A stretch of DNA of 60,616 nucleotides, the filler included, from Sphacelaria rigidula (Eukaryota), in the NCBI GenBank assembly GCA_964200075.2. It is 10 parts of 10 records of this genome, joined end to end, with 100 filler letters (N's around TTAATTAATTAA, not from the genome) between each part and the next. Parts side by side here need not be neighbours in the genome. Positions count along the whole stretch, not along the records: positions 36,433 to 42,403 come from CAXNAA020023104.1; positions 42,504 to 48,474 come from CAXNAA020023105.1; 8 more parts are not named here. One strand, 5' to 3'. The translations under genes were made by a program, and so were the position numbers. The notes beneath the pieces were generated by a model that had not been told where the DNA came from, ran no database searches, and saw nothing but the letters and a program-made list of their open reading frames with translations. Shown one piece after another: positions 36,433-48,574 of this stretch. How positions within the stretch are numbered: position 1 is the stretch's first letter; each line of letters starts with the position of its first letter.

Positions 36433-38039
36433 CCCCGTCGTTTTCCGAACCGTTTCGACTTTGTGGATGCAGATAAAATACATCAGATTTTCCTCTAAAT
36501 CTGAGGCGTTAGACCAACGTGTATGACAGCCAATCTCGAATTTTGCGGGACCCCGATGCGTGCCAAATCGGCGGGACTCAGATTCGCATGTACGCCTGTA
36601 TGTATCATGGTTTCACAGATTTGTTGAAATTGTTCTGCATGCGGAGGGTCATTATCTACAGGAGTGCGGTGTCACAATGAAGCCGAAGTACAGGCAGGCA
36701 GTGAATCATCCTTCAAGAGCAGCGTCGTACCGTGGTGCCCTAGGGTCTAATACAGTGCAGTACACTCCACAATCACAGTACACGGTAATGCAGTGTGGTA
36801 ATACATGACGGTACAGTCGATATTGCGAGAACAGTGCACAGTGTGCGACAAGAGTTCACGAGTGCAGTGCCATTCATCACCCTTCAAGCACAGCGACAGC
36901 AGAGGATAGGGTAGAACAGTGCCGTCCGCTATGATACACACAGACAGTAGCGCAGTGCAGCATAAAATATTATCATCGCACCAGGGTAGGTCGTCAAGAC
37001 TCTTTATCCGCTTGTCAAACCCCGTGCGACGTGCCATGCGAAGCGCAGCTCTACAAGCACACACAGTTCACTGGTGCAAGGTTGAAAATACAGACTACTG
37101 TACTCGTGAACACATTAGGTTGCTGTACACTACAGAAAGTACAACGATACGAGTGTACACATACTCTGCACCCCAAAAAGCTCATATTCGGCAGCGGTGT
37201 TGTCGGCAAATGTCTGTAGTTCTACACCCTTTAACGAGAGAACTCACCTTGATTTATGTTGGCATCGATTTCCTGTCCGGTTCGTGGTTGCTCCCTCCGC
37301 TATCCCTATGCAAAGCTTCACGACGTCATGAACCGGGAAGTCGATCACGTACTTTGACACCCCCTCCACCTCAGCCACGTACGGCGTCGGTACGCACAAC
37401 CGAAGAAAACGAAGAAAGCAGCAATGAAGCGGGACCTTCTTGAGAATATTTGAAGTGATTCGGAGACCCGGTTGCTGCGTGCGATGCCTCCAAACTCCGG
37501 AAGTGCCTCGATTGAAGTTGCGACAGTTAAGTCTGAGAGGTTCATTCAAGACTCACTCTGGTCAAAAGAGGTCGAAATGGGTTTTTTCTCGAGTGCGCCC
37601 AGAGACAGAAGTGAAACACCACGCCATGAGCACCAGTGAAGCTGGAACTTGTTGAGGGCGTCTCGAATGATGTTATGTAGAAGAGCGATGGGATGGTGTT
37701 TCCGCGCAGCGCGGCTTCGAATCAATTTGGGAAACAAAAGCGAGTGGTCCGGAGCATCATAATGAGGTTCGGAGGGACGAACAGGATAGACGTACCCCTT
37801 TCAAATTTCGGATCAGTAGAAGCCTTTTCAACCCTAAGGGTCTCAAAGGAAAATAGTCGTGCAGCGACAAACACAGCGTGGTATGAATATATATATATAT
37901 ATATCAATTATATCGGAAATTGTTGTGTTCAATTAATGCCGCGGTCAGGGTGAACTCTTCAGATCAAGGGTTTTCCGAGGCTGCACGCTAAGGCCCGGAT
38001 ACTTGTCACACGAGAGGCTCCAACAGCAAAGAGCCTCAG

Positions 38040-38210
38040 GGAAAAAAGGCGCGCCCCTAACGTGGCACTGCTCGTTTATAACCCTCCCGCGACGTTGCCA
38101 CCTCATCATGATTCGTTCTACTACTAGTGGCGGTACTATTATCCGAGAGGGCGGACCCCAGTACACACTTCCGTCTTTGTCGGTGTAAATAATCTGATCT
38201 TGGACCGAGT
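38040..38210 (-). pseudogene. Possible Tc1/IS630-like transposase N-terminal HTH remnant
   Basis: QIIYTDKDG...VVERIMMRWQRRGRV...RGAP resembles the V.RI..R....G.V...GRP pattern; no DDE core recognised. Confidence 0.25.
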
Positions 38211-40139
38211 TGAGGATTTTTCGCGGTCCAAGAGCCAAAAAAACGTCGGATACGCGAAAACGTACCAGAATGTTCAATTTTGTTTTCTGGATATTGACCG
38301 TTAGTAGAAGTCATCCCGAGGTGTCACAATTCACCTAGCTCTCCTCTCGGCGAAAAACGAGGCACAACGCACGTAGACGGGGAGAGATTTTTGTAGTGAA
38401 ATGTGAAATTCAACCAATCAGAGGACCTTCAGTGAGGAATCGGCGGAATCCAGCGCCAATGGAAGGCGACCTTCGTAGTGAATGATGTGATGAAACATGC
38501 TTGTGATTGGGTCGCAGACTCGAGTCACACCTGTAGTGTACACTGGGATGGATAAAACAGCAGCAATGAAACGAAGCTGCAAGCAGACAAGCAGACAGCG
38601 AGTGGTACATTGCCGCCGCAGTGGATAGACATCTTACTATGACCGGTTGTGTCTTTCCGTGTCCGCGAGCGCTGCCGCCGATGCCAGCGGCAGCAGCCGC
38701 CACGCACGTGGACAAATAGCACCCTGTGGGGCACGTCTACAGGATTCAGGGAAAGTGTGTAGTGTTTCTCGCGGGGATCTGGCTGTAGTTGTTTTTTTGC
38801 GCCCCACAGGACGCTTCAGAGGGTTTCAGGGAAATTGTGCAGGGTTTCTTGCGGGGATTTGACTGTAGGGTATTATTTTGTGCTACACAGGGCGCTTCAC
38901 AGGGTTTCGTCACTCCCTATGAAATTCATCGCTGTTAATATGCTGTACAGCCTTTACAGCGCACATACAATGTACTCCATACAGCATGGGCAGGGTACTG
39001 GCAGAAAAAAACGGTAAAGAAATCACAGCAGTAGGACTCGAAGTCACGATGTTGTGCATTGGAGTGCGTTAGTGTACATAGTAAGCTACCTGGCTTGTTG
39101 GAAATTCAGAAATACTTTGTGTTTCTAATAACTATCAAGCAAAAACCTCTCTGAACAAAAGCATACTCGGTTGAGTGATTTGGTAGACTGCGCACCACGG
39201 GGTTTTCAAAAGCAATGTGGATTGATATGCGAGGTATACACCGTTCCGCTAGCATCTTTGTGATATGATGTGACTGCAGGACGTAGCCATGATCTTGGGC
39301 AAAGGTGACTTTGAATGACGGACATTTTCATATTCAAATAGCGGAGAATTGGCTGCCCCTTGAGGTTGACGTTCTACGAAGAGCATGTATTTCAATTCGA
39401 AAAAAGGTAGTGAACCAACCATGGCATGAACTGAGGAGCACGGCTCTTGGATTTTATGGTATGACCTCAGTTTATGTTGATTCAGGGGGCAGCGAAACAC
39501 GTTTGAATAACCAGCTCTTACGAGTCTCACTCTCTTTTCATTCCCGGCATTTGGCGGCGATCCAACAGTTCCAATTGGAGTATCTACAAACCACGAGAAA
39601 GTGAGTCCCAGAGATAAGAGCAGTAGTCGGGCTGCTGTTTGGTCTGGTGTGTTTTATTGATTAAGGCTTGGGCCTGTTTCGATTTGTGTTGTATCTCCCT
39701 GTTCTTTAGATGAAGTTGGATGCAACCAATTGCGTGATAAAAGTGCTATACTGGTCTGTATTATTTGCTTGTTGTCTCCTTGTGTGGATGAAACACGAGA
39801 GCGACTGTGGTCAACCTGCGCTGCTGAGCTGAGTAAACAAACAACGTACACAGAGGTCTGATTCTGGAACAATCGTGGTGAACACCATTACACCTTTTTC
39901 AAGGTGCCTTCACCCCTATCACACCACATCTTATCACGCCAAGTTTGTGCTGTAAGCACAGGTGTGGACATACACACGTAACCAATGTGTGGGATCTCTA
40001 CCCAGCGAAAGTTGTTGAGAAATATTCATCCTTCGGGGCTATAGGATGAGTTGCTCTCAACAACTTCTGTTGCGTGTATGATCCCATACGCTGGTAACGG
40101 TGCAGTATGCGGGATATGCACAGCTGACGCTGCTTGCAA

Positions 40140-40490
40140 TAAATCTCTTTTCCCCCAATTTCCGAATGAAATTGAAGGGCAAAGTGAAGATTTATTTTGA
40201 GCTTCTTCTGCTGTTCTAATTCCAAATCTGCCAGTGTGCATGGGATTTGCGCAGCAGAATAAGCTGTTCGAAATAGATCCTTTTCCCCCCCCAATTTAAA
40301 TGGGCGAAAAAAGGATCTAATATGAATAGGTTCTTCTGCTGTTCGAAATACATTCTTTTTTCGCCCAAATACAATGGGCGAAAAAGGATCTATTATGAAT
40401 AGCTTCTCCTGCTGTCCGAGATAAATTCATTTTTGCCCAATTTGAATCGGGCAAAAAGAGGATTCATCTCGGACAGCAGGAGAAGCTATT
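40140..40490. repeat. Tandem array of palindromic ~70-75-bp units
   Basis: Units of the form (TTCTTCT)GCTGTTCGAAATA-GATCCTTTT..CCCA-loop-TGGGCGAAAAAAGGATC; the last unit has perfect 25-bp arms (40398-40422 / 40466-40490). Confidence 0.8.
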
Positions 40491-42403
40491 AAAAAAGAAT
40501 GTATGTACAGATTTTATACCAAAATAATTCGGAATTTTTGAAATTGGGAAGGCCTCTCCACAGGGTTGCTTGCAGGGTTTCGACGAAAATGCTATGCAAA
40601 ATGCTATTACAGGTACTAGGGTTTGCAAATGCTGCACAGGGGTTTTCACAAAGACTGTGGAGAGTCCTGCGCAGCTCGTCATACAGGATGCTATTTGTCG
40701 ACGTGTGCATGCTGGCGGGTGCAAGCAGTACCCTGGCGGTGCAGTTTATCCGCACTGTGCTGTGCGTTGCTCCTTTCATTGAAGCACGCGGTCGGGCCCA
40801 GTCGGTCGAGCGATGTATATCGGCGCCGATTGTATGTCTTTGCCCAGCCATGTTCGGTATCGCGCAAGTGATGGGTCCGGGTAACACGAAGTTCTCAACA
40901 GGCAGTCAAGTGTGTAGACCGCACTGCGTTCCGACTGATACTATTTTTTACAAAGAGACGAACACAATCATACAGCACATCAAGCCATCTTAGCGGAGAC
41001 CAACCCGTCTTCGCAAGGTCTAAACACACCCCAGAACAGTGATAGCTACAGCACATGAGAGAGGACGTGAGTATGTTTGTGCTGAAGTACAGTGAAACAG
41101 GGCATGTCCCATGTTTTAGTTCTTCGGTTGATTTGAAGCGGGTCCTCAGTGTTTGTCGGGTGCCTGTTTAGGTAACGCTCGGCCATAATCGTGCTCCACG
41201 CAAATAATTTGATTAATTACAAAATTATCCTCATGTGTGGGTCCTGTGCCGAAAGCGACGTGGAGTTGCGAATACAAATAAATCATTTTTCCGAAGTGTT
41301 TTTTTTCCCGAGAATTCCAATCTCACAAAGTGAAGTTGGTTTCTGCTGCGGGTAAAAAATCGATCAACTTCTTTTTTGCGACTCCATTTTTGCGCCAAGA
41401 TTTCCGCGACCTGATTCTTGCGATCTGATTCTTGCGATAGTTTTTTTTGCTAGATTTTTCCACTCTAAAACTCCTATCGAGTTCCGTTTTGGGGGGATGA
41501 CTTTGTCAAACACACACCAAACGCAAGCTCCAAGGGGCACCTGTACACACAGCAGTTGCCGCTGCCTACCCAGTATCGTCCTCGAAATCGAGGTCTTGAG
41601 AGAAAACCCCCAGCGTTTGGTGCCCATGTACAAGTAAGGATAACCTTCATCTAGTATCATGCTCCAAAACGTACCTCACAAGGGGGCAACACCCCCGTAC
41701 AGACAGTAGCAATGCTAGCGGATCTACGTCCTGGATCCAACGTCCTGACAGTCTGTGTCAGTCTGGCAGCCGGTAAGGTGGTTATGGTAGTGTTCTTCTA
41801 GCGATGTCAACGTATAGTGTTCTGGAGCAGAGTTTGCAGGTGAACATTTCGGCGATTGCCTCACCTGCAGTTCGCCCGGATGTTTCGGATTTTTCTCGAT
41901 TTGATCACGTACATGTACAGGTGAAAATAAACCAGACCCTCCGTTTCACAATAATAAGTCGAAATGTACCAGATCCTGCATTATGTATGTGAATGTAAAT
42001 GTGCCCAACCGTGGACACAAGATGTTTACAGTCAGTACAAACACGTGGGTGAAAGCGCATTGCCCAAAGTCAGCGTGTTGTCGTCCCATCTATTCTGAAC
42101 GCCGGTCTCCACCTTTCGGTATATATAGAGGCGCACCAGGCCGCGGCCGTTTCACCATACATACAGCTTCGCCCACGATACAGGCAGCCATTACAGCGGT
42201 GGAGGCGGCCTTTGACTCCTGCGTGCGCCACCTGGGGCGAACGCACGCTGTAGCCGCAACATGGACGGCTTTACAAAATGTGACGTAGCAAAATAGTGCG
42301 TAGCGAGGGTTGGTATCTGTAGCCAAAATACACCAAGGCGTAGTTGATGTAGCATGTAGGGTCCTGGATGATGACCAGGGAACAAGGGAATCCTGTGGAT
42401 GAT

Positions 42404-42503
42404 NNNNNNNNNNNNNNNNNNNNNNNNNNNNNNNNNNNNNNNNNNNNTTAATTAATTAANNNNNNNNNNNNNNNNNNNNNNNNNNNNNNNNNNNNNNNNN
42501 NNN
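42404..42503. other. Artificial 100-bp contig linker
   Basis: N44-TTAATTAATTAA-N44. Confidence 0.98.
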
Positions 42504-45500
42504 CGAGGTTTGGGCTACGACCTTCGGGGGTGATGCAATGACCCAAGAACTCAATCTTCGTGGCGCCAATGCGGGATTTGGAGGGTGCGAGTTTCAAGTT
42601 GTGTTGTTCAAACCGATTGAAGAATGATGCCAACTGTCCGACGTGTTCGGCCGGTGTGGAGTCGTGGCACACCGCACCATCAAGGTACATATGGCATTTG
42701 GGAATCCATCAGTTACACGGAACATTACACGTTGAAACGCACCTGGAGCTCCAGCGGCACCTCATGGTGTAGCCAATCACTCGTACAAACCTGATGGCGT
42801 GCAAACCGCCGTCAGTTCAATGGAATTTGGATCCATCACGAGCTGGTGGTAGCCGGACTTTATGTTAAAGTTCGAAAATACTTTACCCCCGCCAAGAGAG
42901 TCAATAATTTCACCGATCCGCGGAAGTGGCAACCGGGCGACTTTGGTGACAGCGTTCAATCGTTGATAATTGACCGTCAGTCTGATTCTGCTATTCTTCT
43001 TACGGACGACTACTAAAGGCGAGGCCCACGGAGACGTCGAGTGCCGAATCAAACCGGTAGATAAGTAACCATCGAGAATTACCTGGATCTTATCCGCTAA
43101 GGGGGGGTTCGTACGGTACGGACGCATAGCGATAGGCGGAGTGCCATCAGGAACGTTGATCTTGAACGGTGTCGTGTTACATCGACCTAAATCCAAGGGT
43201 GCAGTAGAAAACCGTTCAGAGTATCTAATCAAGATGGATCTCAATCTATCGATTACAGTGGGTGTCCAACCATCGCCAGATAGATCAAAACCAATATGCC
43301 GTAAGTGAGGGGGAATGTCATCCCACAACGTTTGAAAACTGGCGCATTGTTCTGCAGAAAATCTATCCAGTAATGCAGTTGGGGGTTTAGGGTCAGGCGC
43401 ATCTGTTGGATTTGTCACCACCATGGGGCAGACATGTGTAGCGGAGGGAGGGGCGTGGATTTCGGGGGGTCGGTCGGCGAGTTGTTGTTCGCAGGGGGGC
43501 ACACATCTGACAGGGCGGTTCGTATGAGAGGCGCTTGAGCATAACCCAACAACTGACCGTTGAGTATATCGAAACATGCAGAGGATGTGAGGGAAATGGC
43601 CTGCCTACCTTCGTGGACAAAGACTTCGGTCTGTTCAAACGGACCAACCTGTGCTTGGTCAGGTTTGAGCAACTTGACCAAATAATGTCCTGTGAGGGCG
43701 GGCGATCCGTTGCGTCTCACGAGGTTCACTTGAATTAGTTGGCGTTCACAACAAAGCGAGATTACCGGTTCACCAACATAGTACAGACGGAAAGCATTAC
43801 CTGTTTTCATGGGATCATCCTCATAAGCATGAGCTCCCGAATCAGTGTCGAAGTGACCCAGAGACAGTTTGCCTGTTTCTGGACGGTTCGGGACAGGTGT
43901 GTCCGTCGTATACGTATGTGTGGAAAATCGAAGCCAACTATCTCGACCCAACAAAACATCAAAATACATGGAACCGTAGGGGCACAATTAGTGCCAATAC
44001 GGACAACCGAGCAGTGGGAGTAGAATCCTGGCGAAATTGTACACTTAGTCGCACCGATTGATTGACCGTGAGAGGTGTGGAGGAACCAAAGCCACCAAAA
44101 ACACGAGGGTGCACGGTGGACAATGCTCGTCCGCCGCGCCCGCGTTGATCATCTGTTGCCAGCAGCTGGCGGTGATGAACGTTTGGGATGAACCAGAGTC
44201 TGGTAGAGCAAGAGCTATCAAATGACAGCTTGCACGCGCTCCACTACGTAAACCTATTTTGGTCGTAAAAGAAGAATCATTCAGAGTTACAGTACCACTG
44301 ACGAGATCGGGCCCGAATTCGGGTATGACATTTGACACATCCTGTTTAGCGTTTTGAACAAAGGTGCTAAAATACACCCGTTGATGATCCTGTGGGACAA
44401 GCTTTTGGTCGGAAGGATGGTGCGTGCATGGAGTGTCAGTGTTTGTGCCTGGAATATTTGTCTCATCAGTCGAGGGTTGAATCTCATATACTGCAACGGA
44501 GGGGCGATGCCGGGGAAGGGCAGTTGTCGTGGTTGGACCCGAAAACTGGTTCGTGCTTGGTGTTTCACCCTTATTGGCCAACAGAGGGGGCGAATCGTCA
44601 TTGCGCAAAGCGGGATCAATTACATTATCCAGCTTGGTCGGAACAGGGGACTATTCATCGGGGCGCGGTGTTGAGTTTGATACGCCAATCAACTCAATAC
44701 CGTCACTAGTTAGAGCCAACATGGGAGGTTTCGGAGATGATTCGTCAGGACGCGGGGTTGGTAAAGCTGTACTGTTCAACCCGGCGTCTATCAAAGGGGC
44801 CAACGTGGGCGAGTTAGGAGACGAGTCGTCTTGCGTAACACTTTGTCTGCCTGGTGACGAACACACGATCGAGGTGCCTTCATGACTAGGGTGCGAACGT
44901 CCATGAGTCGGCGAAGTCTCTGTCCCTACAGACGACAACGCTTTATCGGAAATGGGTTCTAACGCAGTGCACGAGAGGTGGTCAGGGAGCAGTAACGATC
45001 TGTTCGAAATCTGGGGAGTACCGGCCTGTTCCACTCCAAGGTTTTCATCTGTCTGAGCCCACACGCAATCTCCTCCTTGGGGTTCACGTGCGCTTGCTAC
45101 ATCAGGGTTATCTACATGATCATCTCGAGAAGCCCGCCTATGGTGACGCGTGTAGCGCACGAAAGGGTCGGCGGCTCCAGGAGCATCGTATTGAAATGAG
45201 TTCTTGGACGGCCGAACCTAGGTCACGCTCTTGGCGCACCACCTGAGTCGCTGTCACTTGGGGTTCCACTTCACCCCGCTGAGCGACGGAAAGCATGGGT
45301 TCTTTGCGGTTGCGACCCTTCGAGGAATAATCACGCTCATCAAATAAAAGGGAACCGGGTACCGTAGTTTTTGCGGAGCTCGGTAGGGTGGTCAGCCGGG
45401 CACTTGAGCAGTTGGGGGGTGCTCGAGTGTGTGGCTTTGAATATGGTTTTCTCCGATGAACAGTCGAAGCAGCAGTATCTATCGTACTAGAAGATATTTT

Positions 45501-48376
45501 GGCTCCTGATGCGTGGGAAACTGCACTACATGACTTCCTCTCCTTCAAAGGGAGGGGATTCGTTTGAATGTGATTAGTACCTGGTGGGTGTAAAAGTGGA
45601 TGATCAAATCCAGGATTAATACGTTGGGTTTGGCCACTGCTCAATTGATAGCCATGCATCGGTGCACGGGCTTCGACTGTCTTAGAATCCTTCTAGGCAA
45701 TTTTAGCATACCCAGGGAACCCGCACCACATGGTTGAACCCGCGGTGGCCGTCGTTGATTCACGTGTGTGATGTTTGTGACCTGGCCGAGCGAAAGAAAA
45801 TTGTTGGGCACTTCTGCGGTGAGTTTCCGGCGAACGTTGATTCCTAATTGTGGGGTTGTGCCAACGATTGGGGAACAAACGGTCGTCAGAAGTACACATT
45901 GAACGGGCAGGTGGTGGAACCAAGGTTCGTGGATCAGCCACACCTCCTGTGTTACCCCACTGATTGCTGCTCCGAAACGCGGGGGCTTAGTAAACGTTCC
46001 CAGAAAACGGTCAAGTTGTGCGGTGAGCATCAGGGGTGGGGTGTTGGGCGACTTCCTGCCGTGGGGGACCCGTAGGACTAGGTGCAATCATCAGTGGTCG
46101 TGTTCCGTCTTGTGGTTGTACCTGGTTCTGCGGTTGAGAGTTTGCCGGGTCAGACTGTGTTAGACGCGGCGCCGAATCAGCGGGCCGCGTCTGGTAGTGC
46201 GTTGTTTGGTACTGCGGGTTTTGGTAGCGGGAATCGTTACCATAAAAGCGATTACCCCGTCTAGGGCGGTTGTTTTGGCCACGCGTGTCGCCGGATTAAG
46301 GGCGGCGGTAAGAACGCATACGTGCTTGCCATGTGGGCCAGCACGATGCATATTGCGGGTCGTGGAATAATATGTTATTCAAGACGCCGAATGCGTTCAT
46401 AAACGGTGCCTCACAGGTGCGCATGGAGTGGATGGGAACTCTGCCGTCGGCGGAGTACCCAGTTTGTCAATCGAACCATATTCCGCATTTGAGACATTTG
46501 TCCTTACACTCACGGATAAGCTCGTTACGGATGTTGGGTTCAACGTCGCGGGCCCAGAGGGGGGGGTCGTGTTTGTTCATGGAGGTACTCACGTTTAACA
46601 CCTCCGGCCAAATTTCGTTGGCGAAGGGCCAGCTTGGGAATCGACTAGCAAATGCATCTGATACCTGAACCTGGGCGGTCATCATGACTTCCCCTGCAGA
46701 AGTCATTGAGTCAGGCATGCACGCCGGTTGACTCGATTTCCTGCTGGATTACGTTCGTGACTCAGGAACAACTAGAGTGAGGAGAGATTCCTGACTAATT
46801 ACCTGCGTACCGTGTTGGCTAATTGCCGAAGTGGTGCCGTCCTGTCTTACTCCCATCGACTCGACAGCCTGTGTCCGATTCGTACGCAACCCATTGAGTC
46901 GACTTCACATTTCGTCGAGATTTGCGAATGGTACTGCTGCCGTAGCTGCATCACCCACAAAAACACGCGGCATTAGACTGGGGTATTGTCGCCCCATACT
47001 GGAACGAAAGAGAGACATTACCATTTCGTTGGTCGGGGCTAGTTCACGCCCGCCATCCACGGTGACCGAAATTAAAGTGCGAAAGTCCTTCAAGTATTGA
47101 TCGAAGGGAGTGTTCACGGGAACCTTGAAGGTGAGCAATCTCTCAATAGATTCCCCTTCGTAGCTGGTGTCAAGCGACGAGCTAAGCAACCGTAACAAAA
47201 GTGTAAACGCCTCGTTTCCATTGGCGCCCTTGTTGAGGGCCCGCGGCACTTGGTCGAAATGAACGTCGCACATTGCAGTAATTTTGGAGGATTGCAAGGA
47301 GTTGAGGTCAATCGCCTGCTCTAGTGCCCGATGCAACGGGCGGCTCCACCCACAGACTCACTCGCTGCTTTCGAAACTGACGAAATTTGGGTCGCAAATG
47401 GCGAGAATATCGCTCAATACATTCTTGAGCGATGACCTCAACTGACTGCAGTTGAGACTTGCGTTGGATCCTGCAATGAAAGGCAACCGGGGTTTGACCT
47501 CACCTACACTCTTGATTTTAAGTTCCAAATAAGCTCGTCGGATGCTGGGGGCGTCGCTGCGGTTTGTGTGGGGTAGTACAGATTGAGTCTGTGCACGTGT
47601 CTCCGTGTTGGATAGATCACTCTCCCTCTTTACTTCCACCAAAACCTGTTTCTTCTCGGTTTGGGCTGGCTTACCTTTCTCTTTCTCTTTCAAGAGGGAG
47701 TAACGTTGCTTGGCAATGGTGGAAGGCAGAGGTAGAAAGTCGGAGAGTGTGTGTGCAGAAGGTCGGTTAGAGCAGATCTGGTCATTGTAGCGGGGTGAAC
47801 CGTGGCTGTCTGTGTCACTGTCGTCGGTACTCGACGCGTGGGATTTGAAGCGCGCGGATTGCTTCCGGGTCCGCGTAAGTTTGGTTTGAACGCTACCGCC
47901 GCTAACTGTACCTGTCTTTTTACCCGCAGTCTGCCATTCTGCGTCAACGTGCAAAGGGTATTTTGCATTTCTTTGACCAGCATCCCTAAAGTTCTGATCC
48001 CATATGCCGCTTGCGTGGTCCAAGTTGTTTTGAGGTGGTTGAGAAAAGATCGTTTTGCGAATTTTCTCGACGTCACGGAACATAGTGATGAGGGGCTCGA
48101 CATACTCATGTTGGATCTGCGTGGTGGTGTGGTCGGGGTGGGGTTGAGATTGCACGCATCTTACCACTCCCGCAAGTGTGACAGTCTCGCCGTTGTTGGG
48201 TTAGCGTCGACAAAAGACGCGAGAGGGATAGTCGACACGTGTACGATACCGGACAAATCTAGTGTAGAAAGACCTGGGTCCTGCAGCGTAATCGTGCAGG
48301 GGATGGTCCTACATGAGTCTCGCCCTTTGCCCCCATCGCGTACGATGGGTTAGCGCGGGGGACGATGTTGGTGCGT

Positions 48377-48408
<32 letters not shown>

Positions 48409-48474
48409 GTTGACGGGCGCCTGCAGGCTGATACGTGGAAGGCGGGCATGGGTTGGGACCGCTGTAAAACCCTG
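42504..48474 (-). mobile_element. Ty3/Gypsy family B, second copy: gag-protease-RT N-half, decayed
   Basis: 42504-44508 is a close reverse-complement paralogue of 12145-14145 (ALPDSGS, LLGRDS, WASPLVVV, YLDG). Gag ORFs 47358..48167 and 46905..47336 align with family A gag (W..PLH.AL, F.V....PF..YL.DF..L.S, Q.P.LMP..F.G). Confidence 0.95.
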
Positions 48475-48574
48475 NNNNNNNNNNNNNNNNNNNNNNNNNN
48501 NNNNNNNNNNNNNNNNNNTTAATTAATTAANNNNNNNNNNNNNNNNNNNNNNNNNNNNNNNNNNNNNNNNNNNN
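48475..48574. other. Artificial 100-bp contig linker
   Basis: N44-TTAATTAATTAA-N44. Confidence 0.98.

Noticed and set aside
40140..40490. CRISPR array
   Set aside because: Inter-repeat sequences are homologous, no cas genes are present, and the context is eukaryotic.
42077..42403. Possible LTR start (TGTCGT, TATATATAG)
   Set aside because: Truncated by the contig end, with no matching terminus, PBS or PPT.
48377..48406. Poly-G runs (also 60521-60546) as G-quadruplex signals
   Set aside because: Homopolymers near contig ends with unreliable length; the first encodes poly-Pro in gag on the minus strand.
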